The notes: a model not told the origin generated them from the letters alone. Shown: positions 1 through 9,118, counted from the first letter of the stretch. The stretch: DNA of 64,000 nt from Bdellovibrionales bacterium (GCA_965199825.1 OZ241329.1:2560001-2624000), one strand, 5' to 3'. Numbers and translations are program-made.

Positions 1-222
1 ATAAGGAACAATTTTTTGGGCTGGACGACGAACACATCCAAAGGATCCAAGGGCTAAACTTGCGCCCATCAGTTTTAAGAATTCGCGGCGCGCCCATCCA
101 TCCGCCGAATCTGATTCTTTGAGTGGGCTCGAAACGAATTCATTTTCGGCGACTTTTTGAAATTCAGGATCGTTGCGCCACTGTTCGAGACTTAACCAAT
201 ATTGTGGTGAATTGTCTTTCAT
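1..222 (-). CDS. actB: TAT-exported molybdopterin-oxidoreductase-like subunit of alternative complex III (ActB), 5' part only; runs off window start
   Basis: Manual translation from ATG at 222: MKDNSPQYWLSLEQWRNDPEF...ARREFLKLMGASLALGSFGCVRRPAQKIVPY. It has the YW.SL leader, a twin-arginine RREFLK motif and the C..P..KIVPY motif, and lies directly downstream of a pentaheme cytochrome. Confidence 0.85.
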   Translation of the reverse strand, partial: MKDNSPQYWLSLEQWRNDPEFQKVAENEFVSSPLKESDSADGWARREFLKLMGASLALGSFGCVRRPAQKIVPY

Positions 223-237
223 ATGATTATTCCCTTG

Positions 238-771
238 TTACCGGTGACACGTGCTGCAGTTGACCTTGGCTTTGTTTTCAGGAAGGCGATGACAGTTCAC
301 ACACCAACCCATTGCCAAGCTTGCGTTTTGATAAACTTGCGACATCTTTTCGACTTCCCCGTGACAGGTCTTACACTCTTTGCCCGCTTTGATATGAGGC
401 GCGTGACTAAACTTCACATGGTCAGGCAACAGATGCACCTTTTCCCAGGCGATACTTTCACCTTTGTCATAAGCGGCGGTCAGTTTCTTGATCGCCGGCT
501 TATCGGTGGCCACCACACGATGACAGTTCATACAGATATTTAAGGTGGGTACGGTCGCATGCCGAGATAACGCCACATTGGAGTGACAATATTGGCAATT
601 GATTTTGTACATTCCCGCATGCTGCTCATGCGAAAATGGCAAAGGCTGATCGGGTTGATAGCCCTTATTATACCCTATGACGATTTTATTATTGGTGAGC
701 GCATAAATGAAGACGCAGAGGCCAACAAGTGCTCCGAGGACAACGATGCCAGCTACGATCTTTTTTGCCAT
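238..771 (-). CDS. actA: Membrane-anchored pentaheme cytochrome c (ActA-like, cytochrome c3/c7 family)
   Basis: N-terminal TM helix, PDQPLPFSHEQH motif and five CxxCH motifs (CQYCH, CMNCH, CKTCH, CVNCH, CSTCH). Confidence 0.85.
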   Translation of the reverse strand: MAKKIVAGIVVLGALVGLCVFIYALTNNKIVIGYNKGYQPDQPLPFSHEQHAGMYKINCQYCHSNVALSRHATVPTLNICMNCHRVVATDKPAIKKLTAAYDKGESIAWEKVHLLPDHVKFSHAPHIKAGKECKTCHGEVEKMSQVYQNASLAMGWCVNCHRLPENKAKVNCSTCHR

Positions 772-902
772 ACCCTTCCCATGTCGATTCAGTCAGTGAT
801 GTGAGGATGGTTCTCAAAATACTTTCAAGTACACACAATAATTAAATGTAGCAGGAAGCATTAGCAATCATAAATTCACATATTCATGAAATGAGTCGAG
901 CT

Positions 903-2486
903 TTAAATGCGGCGTTTCACGCGCCGATGAATCACACTGACATAAATGACGTAAAGAATATGAAGCGCAACAAATGCGGTGACGTACTCCACACCACCTG
1001 CGCCAAAGCCGTACGAGTGAAGGCCTGCACCCAACACAAAGTTGACTCCATACCAAGCCATGATCACCAATGAAAATGCGATGACTGCCCCTGCGGCCAT
1101 TCCAAAATTTCGAACGAGACCAACCAGTCGGCCGTGCAACAGGGCTACATATCCAAGTAATGCGATCAAGGCCCATGTCTCTTTTGGATCCCATCCCCAA
1201 AACCGTCCCCAAGAGTAGTCAGCCCAAATTCCTCCGAGAATGATTCCAAGACTCAACAGCACAACACCGACTTGGATTGAGCGATAAATCGCCTCGGCAC
1301 AAATAGCGATCTGTTTTGCAAAGCGCTTTTCGTCGCGCAAAAAATAAAACAAACAAAAGTCACCAATCGCAAAAGCGAGAAAAAACCCAGCATAACTTAA
1401 TGTGATGATCACAACGTGCGTACTTAACCAAAACGTTGAGCGGAGCACAGGCTCAAGAGGTTGCAGAGTCGAATCCAAAATGACAGGAGCAACATCGGTC
1501 AATATCAAACAGAGAATTGCTACGAGCAACGAAGACACAAGTGCGATTTTGAATTGATAAACATAACTTAAGACCAACGAGATCACCAAAACACCGAGTG
1601 GCACCCACACCACGGTCTCATACATATTTGAAACCGGCGGCCGACCATTGATGATCGAGCGAAGCACAATCCCATAGATATGAAAACTCATCCCTGCCGC
1701 TACAAAACTCCAGCTCATCGGATTCAGCCAAATGGTTGGAAAGATTGCGGCCATTGCCATCAATAAAACAGCTGTTAAATAGAGTGACCAAGCCCAGCGA
1801 AAAGGATGAAGATGATTGTAATGGACCTCAAGCTTCATCATAAAATCGGAGCCATACTCGGCGGGATTTTCGGCGCGAGCAAGCTCTCGAAATTGGTCAA
1901 CCGCGACTTGAAGATCTTTTTTTTGACGAGACTCTAAGCTTTGACTATAGAGCGAAGTCACATTCAAAAAAGAACTTTTCAGTTCGCCGTCGAGCTCTTT
2001 CAAAGAGCGCCAAGGACCATCGGTTTTTTGGGGCACGATACGGATCGCTTCACCCGATCGAATCGCAATATAAAGAGAGAGCTGATTTTCTAGACGCATC
2101 ACCGCTTGAAAATAGGGATTGAGTTTTCCACCGCGCGCTTTTTCGGTGCGCAGTTCTGTAATGGCAAGACCAATGTTGTCGTTGGCTTCAAGCTCTTGTG
2201 GAGTAAAAATAAATCGATCATGCGACAAATGGAGAGTGGAGCGAAGTCCACTGTGTCGCACTTCGAAAAATTCCATGGTCTGCCAGGCTTGGGGCGCCAA
2301 GATCCAAGTCATCATCACATCGAGCGCCGCTTTTTCGTGATAGCTGGTCTTCCCATAAATCAACTGCAAGCTTTCGCGAGCAAAGGTATCCAGAGGCTTA
2401 ATGCGTCCACCGTCTTGAACGTGCAACACGCCAAGGGGTGCAGCCATAGCCAGGGATGAAAATAAAAATGCAAAAATCCATTTCAT
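903..2486 (-). CDS. ccsA: Cytochrome c biogenesis protein CcsA/ResC (system II)
   Basis: WWD motif WADYSWGRFWGWDPKETWA, GGRIKPLDT, PVSNMYE, GLHSY; polytopic membrane protein. Confidence 0.93.
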   Translation of the reverse strand: MKWIFAFLFSSLAMAAPLGVLHVQDGGRIKPLDTFARESLQLIYGKTSYHEKAALDVMMTWILAPQAWQTMEFFEVRHSGLRSTLHLSHDRFIFTPQELEANDNIGLAITELRTEKARGGKLNPYFQAVMRLENQLSLYIAIRSGEAIRIVPQKTDGPWRSLKELDGELKSSFLNVTSLYSQSLESRQKKDLQVAVDQFRELARAENPAEYGSDFMMKLEVHYNHLHPFRWAWSLYLTAVLLMAMAAIFPTIWLNPMSWSFVAAGMSFHIYGIVLRSIINGRPPVSNMYETVVWVPLGVLVISLVLSYVYQFKIALVSSLLVAILCLILTDVAPVILDSTLQPLEPVLRSTFWLSTHVVIITLSYAGFFLAFAIGDFCLFYFLRDEKRFAKQIAICAEAIYRSIQVGVVLLSLGIILGGIWADYSWGRFWGWDPKETWALIALLGYVALLHGRLVGLVRNFGMAAGAVIAFSLVIMAWYGVNFVLGAGLHSYGFGAGGVEYVTAFVALHILYVIYVSVIHRRVKRRI

Positions 2487-3829
2487 GTTTTTGCCTTTCG
2501 CAGGCGATGTTTGAAGTAAAACAACATTACTGATCCTAAAACCATAAGGAAAGATCCAAAATATTTAAGTCCACGACCTGGATCATAATTGACCGAGAGT
2601 ATCGAAATCACCGGCTGGCCGCTCATGTCTTCTTCAAAACTGGATTGATAAAATGTAAAGCCGCCGTGTTTAAGAGGCTCATTCATCGAAATCGTCACGG
2701 GCTTTTGACCATCGACCAACACATCACTCTCATAGGAAGAGGCACGCTTCGTACCGGGATAATGGCCCACCCGAAATCCATTAAGTTTTAAATCAAATGG
2801 CAGACCCAATTGCTCGTTGGTGTAAACAATTTGGTAAGCGGTATTTTTGGTAAAAATGCGGAGCTCGGAATTCAGCCCAAGCCAATGATCTTTATCTAAA
2901 AAACGAAGATGAAGTGCCGGCGATGTTTGGTTATTGGGTGAGCCTTGATCATGATAAGTGACATTTTCTTTTGAATGTTCAAAATATCTTAAGATTCTTA
3001 AGTTCATTCCCTTGGCCCACGAGGTTTTGATCACATCGCCTTCTTGGGCTTTGCCACTCTGAACCCGCTTGCCCAATTTATCAAAAATTTCATAACGCAG
3101 AAATTGGCCTTCGCTATAAAATACGGCCTCATTATTTTTTGTCGGCTCGTAAGTTTTTTCAGCTATCACGATTCGTGCGGGACCGAGTTCTCGGGTCTCA
3201 AAGGGCTTTCGAGCATCCCGACGGATCCATTCGGTTTGATTGACAAAAGCATTTTCAAGATTGATTCGCAGCGCGGGGCCATCGCCCAAATGATCGCTGT
3301 TTTGAATTTCACTCTCGCGTGCGGCAAAATGGATATAGCCCACAACCTCTATTGGGTTTTCGCCCACATTCATGGTCAGAGGCGGAGGCAGAGATAAAAA
3401 ATCGACGGTCTCAGATGCTAGTCTCTGATAGCTCGACCCATCAAATGTCGCATAAACAGAAAGAGTTTGGTTGCTTGTGGTAACACTTTTTTTAATTTCG
3501 CCTTTGTGAAATGTCATTGTCCCGTCGACACCCATTTTTTGGGTCATCACCGAGCCTGCGAGTAAAATCAAAATTCCAATATGAGCCAAAACAAATCCCG
3601 AATGACGAGGCTTCCATGGCCAGCGCGAAATCATTACGGCAATCAGGTTGATACTTAAGAGAACCAAAACCGTATTCATCTCCCAAGAATGGTAAACCAT
3701 TTTTTGGGCGTACTCGGCGTCGTATTTTGATTCGAAGATCGTACCGACCGCAGCAATCACCGCAAGCAGAACAATAATCACCACTGCAAGCTTGATCGAG
3801 CTTAAGGGTCTTATCCAATTTTTGGCCAT
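2483..3829 (-). CDS. resB: Cytochrome c biogenesis protein ResB/Ccs1
   Basis: N-terminal TM helices with conserved H (LAHIGILILLAG), large periplasmic domain, ISMNEPL..GG.TFYQSSF and DPG before the last TM; 4-bp overlap with ccsA. Confidence 0.88.
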   Translation of the reverse strand: MAKNWIRPLSSIKLAVVIIVLLAVIAAVGTIFESKYDAEYAQKMVYHSWEMNTVLVLLSINLIAVMISRWPWKPRHSGFVLAHIGILILLAGSVMTQKMGVDGTMTFHKGEIKKSVTTSNQTLSVYATFDGSSYQRLASETVDFLSLPPPLTMNVGENPIEVVGYIHFAARESEIQNSDHLGDGPALRINLENAFVNQTEWIRRDARKPFETRELGPARIVIAEKTYEPTKNNEAVFYSEGQFLRYEIFDKLGKRVQSGKAQEGDVIKTSWAKGMNLRILRYFEHSKENVTYHDQGSPNNQTSPALHLRFLDKDHWLGLNSELRIFTKNTAYQIVYTNEQLGLPFDLKLNGFRVGHYPGTKRASSYESDVLVDGQKPVTISMNEPLKHGGFTFYQSSFEEDMSGQPVISILSVNYDPGRGLKYFGSFLMVLGSVMLFYFKHRLRKAKT

Positions 3830-3850
3830 TCCTTTGAATTATCATGGGGC

Positions 3851-4648
3851 TTAAACGAGAGCGAGGACAATCTGCGAAATGGCCGACTGCAGTTGGGTCT
3901 GCACCGCAGAAAACTTTTGTTCCAGTCTCTCTTTGGTTTCTTCATTCATATAGAGCGATCGATTCATCTCAACCTGAATGGTGTGTTGTCCAAGATGAGG
4001 TTGGCCATAGGTTTGGGTGATGCGCCCACCTTTGTAGGGCCAATTGTAGAACACCTGAAATCCGGCATCTTCATAAGCTCGGATCACCGAATCCTTAAAT
4101 TTTTCAGAACATGATTTGCCGTCTTGATCGCTCACCACAATTTGTGGTCGAACATCGCCCTGGTCTCGATGAGCCGAAGTTCCTTTGGAGGGCATGCTGT
4201 GAGCATCTAAGTGATAGATGTCTTTATGGCCTTGCTCTTTAAATTGTTTAAAGGCCTGTTTGATTTGGTTATGAAATGGCAAAAAATAATCGGTAGTCAG
4301 TTGCTGATGTAACTCTTTTGAAATTGGTTGGTGCATCAGCACCTCACCGAGAGTGGTTTTGACCCAATGATACCCGGTGGTAAAGGAGCCGGTAGGATTT
4401 TTGGAATCTTTAACCGAATCCTGATCGACATCCTCGGGCAAACGATTGAGGTCGACCACATAACGATGAATATCCCCGCGGATCGATTTTATTTTGGCAA
4501 TCGCAGGCTCATAGAGCTTGTCGACAAAACGGTCCACATCGCGAAGAAAGGTTTGTGGTGCAACGTTTTTGAGCCAGTCGGCTTCCTTCGGGATAAATTC
4601 TCCACTATGCGGGACCGTAACAAAAAATGGCGTCATAACACTTTCCAT
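3851..4648 (-). CDS. N-formylglutamate amidohydrolase family protein
   Basis: VPHSG, D..VD.LY, R..VDLNR, HLDAHSMP, N.PYKGG.IT and IQVEMNRSLYM motifs. Confidence 0.9.
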   Translation of the reverse strand: MESVMTPFFVTVPHSGEFIPKEADWLKNVAPQTFLRDVDRFVDKLYEPAIAKIKSIRGDIHRYVVDLNRLPEDVDQDSVKDSKNPTGSFTTGYHWVKTTLGEVLMHQPISKELHQQLTTDYFLPFHNQIKQAFKQFKEQGHKDIYHLDAHSMPSKGTSAHRDQGDVRPQIVVSDQDGKSCSEKFKDSVIRAYEDAGFQVFYNWPYKGGRITQTYGQPHLGQHTIQVEMNRSLYMNEETKERLEQKFSAVQTQLQSAISQIVLALV

Positions 4649-4679
4649 TCGTAAATTTTTGCGGCTATCATCGTTGAGA

Positions 4680-5240
4680 ATGAAAATTTACACAAGAACT
4701 GGCGATAAAGGCATCACTTCTCTTGGAAGTGGCGATCGAGTTTCAAAATCTGACGCACGTTTGGAAGCCTATGGGTCACTCGATGAGCTCAATTGTTTTC
4801 TGGGCGAATTGGTTTTACGCCTTGCCGAAAAATCGGGTGTTGCCCACCTGCCACGTCTTGAATCGGAAGTGATGCGAATTCAAAATGATCTCTTCACTTT
4901 GGGAGCCCATCTTGCCTGCCCGAGTGAGGAGCAGCGTCAGAATCTGCCACGCCTTCCACTTTCGCGAGTGTCGAACCTCGAACATGAAATTGATTGGATG
5001 TCGGCTCAGCTGCCGCCGTTAAAGGAATTTATTCTTCCTTCGGGCACTAGCATTTGTGTGCAGTATCATATCTGCCGCACCGTCACGCGCCGAGCAGAAC
5101 GGCGATGCGTTGCTTTGGGAAATACGGTTGAAGCCTCAATTGTTGAATATCTCAATCGACTTTCTGATTATCTTTTTGTTTGCGCGCGGCTGAGTTCGCA
5201 TTTGGAAGGGGTCCAAGAACTCCCCTGGAAAAAACCATGA
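4680..5240 (+). CDS. PduO-type ATP:cob(I)alamin adenosyltransferase
   Basis: MKIYTRTGDKG.TSL, RLEAYGSLDELN, RTVTRRAERR, YLNRLSDYLF. Start moved from 4518 to ATG 4680. Confidence 0.93.
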   Translation: MKIYTRTGDKGITSLGSGDRVSKSDARLEAYGSLDELNCFLGELVLRLAEKSGVAHLPRLESEVMRIQNDLFTLGAHLACPSEEQRQNLPRLPLSRVSNLEHEIDWMSAQLPPLKEFILPSGTSICVQYHICRTVTRRAERRCVALGNTVEASIVEYLNRLSDYLFVCARLSSHLEGVQELPWKKP

Positions 5241-5509
5241 ACTGAATTTTCTGTTAAGGTCTTGAGCCCTCAGGACAATTTTGAGGCCTCTCCCATAAAT
5301 TGAACAGTTTTAGTTACGTTAAAGATTTTGGTCGGTTTGTAAGAACCACTCAGAGGTAACATTTTTTTGTCGCCTATTATCTGTGCAAAGGTTGTGACTA
5401 TGTCCTATCCGAATTGAATTCTAAAAGGTTAAATTTTTCTATTGAGTCAGCTGGAAAACCCATTTGCTATCGAAGGTTGCTGCAACTGAATGCGAACGAA
5501 GGTACGATC

Positions 5510-5773
5510 GTCGTGCCCGCTTGAGTTGTCGTGCCCGCTTGAGTTGTCGTGCCCGCTTGAGTTGTCGTGCCCGCTTGAGTTGTCGTGCCCGCTTGAGTTG
5601 TCGTGCCCGCTTGAGTTGTCGTGCCCGCTTGAGTTGTCGTGCCCGCTTGAGTTGTCGTGCCCGCTTGAGTTGTCGTGCCCGCTTGAGTTGTCGTGCCCGC
5701 TTGAGTTGTCGTGCCCGCTTGAGTTGTCGTGCCCGCTTGAGTTGTCGTGCCCGCTTGAGTTGTTGTGCCCGCT
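5510..5773. repeat. Tandem array of the 18-bp unit GTCGTGCCCGCTTGAGTT: 14 perfect copies (5510-5761) plus one variant partial copy (GTTGTGCCCGCT, 5762-5773)
   Basis: Counted directly; identical head-to-tail units with no spacers. Confidence 0.98.
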
Positions 5774-5812
5774 AATTTTATATTTAACTAAAAACTGACA
5801 CCGCCGGAAATT

Positions 5813-5870
5813 TTGTCGTGCCTATTTGAAGTTGTCGTGCCCACTCAAGGGTTGTCGTGCCCACTCAAAA
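5813..5870. repeat. Three degenerate copies of the array unit (TTGTCGTGCCTATTTGAA; GTTGTCGTGCCCACTCAAGG; GTTGTCGTGCCCACTCAAAA)
   Basis: Seen directly, about 40 bp after the perfect array; core TTGTCGTGCC retained, 19-20-bp period. Confidence 0.9.
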
Positions 5871-6094
5871 AAATGAGACATATATTATTGTTGTTGACAC
5901 GATTTTTGTTCAGTTCTTTTGGCTTCAGTTGTATTTTTAAGAGAGTTTTGAAACTTTTTGTTTCGATGACTTCTCCAATTGCTGTTACGGCGAAAATTTC
6001 CATCCAAATTAACCTGCCTCAATGTGGTGTCGCCGCTAGCAAAATGCATTCTAGAAAACCCATGTTAAACTTTTCTCCTAAACAGGAGATATTT

Positions 6095-6919
6095 ATGGAT
6101 CATTTAAAAATTCATTCACACGCAGTCAGGGCGGCTGATGCCCACAGAAAATCTGAAATGGATTTGCTTAACGCTCTTGAGGTTGTTTGGAGAAATAAAA
6201 CCTATTATCAGTTTGGCTGCCGCTCTTTGTTTGAATACTCCACCAAACAACTTAAACTTTCTGAAGAGATGGCGAGCATCGTAAATAAAATAGCTAAGAA
6301 ATTTACCGAGCTGCCTGAACTGAAATTGGAAATGCAAACGGGAGAGCTTTCTCTTTCAAAAGTAAACCGGATCACTGGAGTCGTGAATAAAGACAACGTT
6401 CAACATTGGGTAGATCTTGCCAAAGGGACCAAACGTAATTTCGAAAAAGAAATCGCAAAGGTCCAGCCCGAAAAAGCAATTCCTGAGCGGGCACGATATC
6501 AAAAAGCTGATGAGACTCTGAGAGTTTCGATTTCTTTTTCAATTACACAAGAAGAGTATGCCGTTTTTGAACGAACCAGAGATCTATTAAGTCAAAAATT
6601 AAAACGTCCCGCGAGCATTGGCGAAACACATGTTGCGGCTATTCATGAGCTCAATCAAAAATTGGATCCACTTAAAAAGCCTATTCGCAAAGACACAGCG
6701 GGCACGACAAAATTGACTGTTAATTTAAAGCGAAAAGTTCATTACACTTTTGATAGTCAGTGCACGCATGTGGATCATAACGGCGAGCGATGCACGCAAC
6801 GTCGCCATCTTGATATTCATCACATCGTTCCAAAAGCAAGTGGTGGGACTGATAATGAAGCCAATCTGACTTTATTGTGCGCGGGACATCATCGTGCCCA
6901 TCACAGAATGAAGTCTTAA
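6095..6919 (+). CDS. HNH endonuclease with long helical N-terminal region (DUF222/13E12-like architecture), 274 aa
   Basis: C-terminal CTHVDHNGERC...LDIHHIVPKASGGTDNEANLTLLCAGHHRAHH. AGGAG Shine-Dalgarno at 6084-6088 before ATG 6095, so the ORF-track start at 5813 was not used. Confidence 0.9.
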   Translation: MDHLKIHSHAVRAADAHRKSEMDLLNALEVVWRNKTYYQFGCRSLFEYSTKQLKLSEEMASIVNKIAKKFTELPELKLEMQTGELSLSKVNRITGVVNKDNVQHWVDLAKGTKRNFEKEIAKVQPEKAIPERARYQKADETLRVSISFSITQEEYAVFERTRDLLSQKLKRPASIGETHVAAIHELNQKLDPLKKPIRKDTAGTTKLTVNLKRKVHYTFDSQCTHVDHNGERCTQRRHLDIHHIVPKASGGTDNEANLTLLCAGHHRAHHRMKS

Positions 6920-7009
6920 GATTTGCACCCATTAAGTCATTCACCGTCTGCCTCCATATTAAATTTTAGTTCATCGCTATAATCACTCATCGAGTTGAAG
7001 CTGAATCGC

Positions 7010-8545
7010 CTATTGGATGCTTTCTTTTTTTGTGGTTCTTCCAACCTCACTTAAACCGGCTCCTTCATAGTCCCTCAAACACTCTTTACTCTTGGACTCG
7101 CAACAGAACTTGGCATCGGGAATAAATAATTTTAGTTTGCGATACTCTTCAACAATGAGGTTCGAGATACCAAGATTGCTGGTGACATCCTCAGAGCGAC
7201 CGGCAAATTTAAAGTTGCGAACTTCTAAACCATTTTCGGTTGTTAAAATTTTGGTGATATTTTTTTGATCATTCATCTCGACTTTATATTGAAGGCGTCT
7301 TTGGGTTTTTGGATCGACCGTATTGAGTAAAAACTGGTGATCATTGGTGCAGGTCAATTGTTCAAATTGAGGTTGCGAAAAAAAATGATCATAAAGATCT
7401 TTGTAGTATTGGCAAATCTCCTTATTTTTTAAAACCTCCACTTGTTCTTGTTCGGTCAAAACCAAAAATTCATCTATTTGCTGGTTGATTTCAAATTTTG
7501 GAGCACAGTGATTGTTGGGATCAAGATTGACGTAAGATTGCGACTCACAGCCAATGCCATTCGTCCCGAGCAAGGTAGAGGCAAAACGTATACTGAGCCC
7601 AACCACACCTCCCAGTAACAGTAACGATTTGCTTCCGCCTGTTTTTGCAAGTGCGATTGCCGACGAATAGGCGTGGCTCAAAATTTGATTTTCGATTTGG
7701 TCGAGAATGACACTTCCTGTTTTGAACAGAATTTTTACTTTTTGCTCTTCGATCAACGCAATTTTTTTAAGGGCTGCACGTTGCTCTAAAGTGGACCATC
7801 GATTGGTTAAGCCAGAATTAATTTCATCCAAAAAAGGTTCATCAAGTGGAAGGCCTTGAATAATTCGTTGCCGAATCTTTCTCGCATTGGAGCTTACAGA
7901 AAAACGACTGGCTTCTTGTATTGCTTGAGGAAGATTGTCGAAATCGGTGTTGGCGATGTCATACGTGCGCCCCATTAGAGGTAAGAAATAGGGCTCGTAA
8001 AGTGGTTGATCAGGATCGGCGTTATCTCTTCTTTGTCGAATGACTGATCGAGAGCGGAGCAAGTTTTTGCGCTCAGAATCAACATCTTGTTCATGAGGAT
8101 CAAGGTCAGCAATGTCTTGCAAGTAATCACTGTGGCGAGCCGCCATGATATCGGCTCGAGATCCTCGCGATTGGATCGATATACTTAAAGCCCGCATATT
8201 TGTTTGTTGTTGTGAGAGGTGTTCAATCTCGTGATCAATTTCTAACAGTCTTAAAGATGGATTTTCGATAAGTCGAGACTTGCGCCATTCGTCGTGAAGG
8301 AGACTTGCCATCTTGTGGCTTAACAAATCGCGGGCCTCGCTCATCAGCTGGTCATACTGGGATGTCAGTGCTGGGGCCGTGCTGCGGCCAGAAACCTGCG
8401 CACCCAATCCACCGCAAGCTTCGAGCGATGTCGAAGCTTGGCAGGACACAAAACTTTTTATTTGGTTAAGACCTTTGATGTTTTGGCAAAATGAACCCGG
8501 GGCTGCAAACGAAGCTAAATGAGTTAAGTAGAATAAGATAAACAT
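7010..8545 (-). CDS. Hypothetical secreted Cys-containing protein
   Basis: 511-aa ORF, short hydrophobic N-terminus, Cys clusters at both ends, internal Gly-rich hydrophobic segment. Confidence 0.75.
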   Translation of the reverse strand: MFILFYLTHLASFAAPGSFCQNIKGLNQIKSFVSCQASTSLEACGGLGAQVSGRSTAPALTSQYDQLMSEARDLLSHKMASLLHDEWRKSRLIENPSLRLLEIDHEIEHLSQQQTNMRALSISIQSRGSRADIMAARHSDYLQDIADLDPHEQDVDSERKNLLRSRSVIRQRRDNADPDQPLYEPYFLPLMGRTYDIANTDFDNLPQAIQEASRFSVSSNARKIRQRIIQGLPLDEPFLDEINSGLTNRWSTLEQRAALKKIALIEEQKVKILFKTGSVILDQIENQILSHAYSSAIALAKTGGSKSLLLLGGVVGLSIRFASTLLGTNGIGCESQSYVNLDPNNHCAPKFEINQQIDEFLVLTEQEQVEVLKNKEICQYYKDLYDHFFSQPQFEQLTCTNDHQFLLNTVDPKTQRRLQYKVEMNDQKNITKILTTENGLEVRNFKFAGRSEDVTSNLGISNLIVEEYRKLKLFIPDAKFCCESKSKECLRDYEGAGLSEVGRTTKKESIQ

Positions 8546-8548
8546 ACC

Positions 8549-9118
8549 TTATTTTAAAATACGAAGAGCAGAATAGATATCACTAGCCGGGTATTTAAAT
8601 GCGGCACGTCTTTCATATTTTTCTAAGCCATAAAATTTGACAAATGTTCGCCCCAGAAAATCCTTAAAGCCCCTTCCAAAAGTGAGCTCAATATTGACTT
8701 CCTTGAATGTTCCGTCGACCTGGCCTTTGAGATAATTTTCGTTTGTGATGGTGTTGGTCCACAGGGCAGACAGATGTCTTTTGTGAGTAGGGTCGCGGTA
8801 AGAATTGGCCGAGGTAAAATGAGGCACAGCCAAAATTGCAAGCCCCTGAGGTTGGACTATGCGATGTAGATTTTTAAAAAATGTCAGTGGATGTTGAATA
8901 TGTTCAAAAACTTGGTGAGCCAAGACGACATCAAATCGGTTGTCCTCAATATCCCACTGGTCTTCGTCAAGATCTTGAATTTGATCGACCTCAGGAAATT
9001 GAAATGAATCGACACCAAAACTTTTTGGAAATTTCTTAGGCCCACATCCAAGATCGCAAATTTTAATTTGGGACTCGTTTTTTAATATCTGCGACACATA
9101 ATGATGAAAGCTGGTCAT
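8549..9118 (-). CDS. Class I SAM-dependent methyltransferase
   Basis: DLGCG motif I, FDVV.AHQVFEHI, RIVQPQG.AILAVPH, DPTH. ATG 9118 overlaps the upstream stop (ATGA). Confidence 0.88.
   Translation of the reverse strand: MTSFHHYVSQILKNESQIKICDLGCGPKKFPKSFGVDSFQFPEVDQIQDLDEDQWDIEDNRFDVVLAHQVFEHIQHPLTFFKNLHRIVQPQGLAILAVPHFTSANSYRDPTHKRHLSALWTNTITNENYLKGQVDGTFKEVNIELTFGRGFKDFLGRTFVKFYGLEKYERRAAFKYPASDIYSALRILK

Noticed and set aside
2031..2038. GGGCACGA match to the array core inside ccsA
   Set aside because: Only 8 bp; expected by chance in 64 kb.
5464..5798. ORFs encoding (CRARLS)n and (SCPLEL)n
   Set aside because: Artefacts of an 18-bp stop-poor repeat; the units have no synonymous variation and no convincing SD.
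5510..5870. CRISPR array
   Set aside because: Units are head-to-tail without unique spacers, only 18 bp long, and no cas genes are in the window.
5813..6094. 94-aa N-terminal extension of the HNH protein
   Set aside because: Starts within degenerate repeats and crosses T-rich DNA; a clear AGGAG SD precedes ATG 6095.
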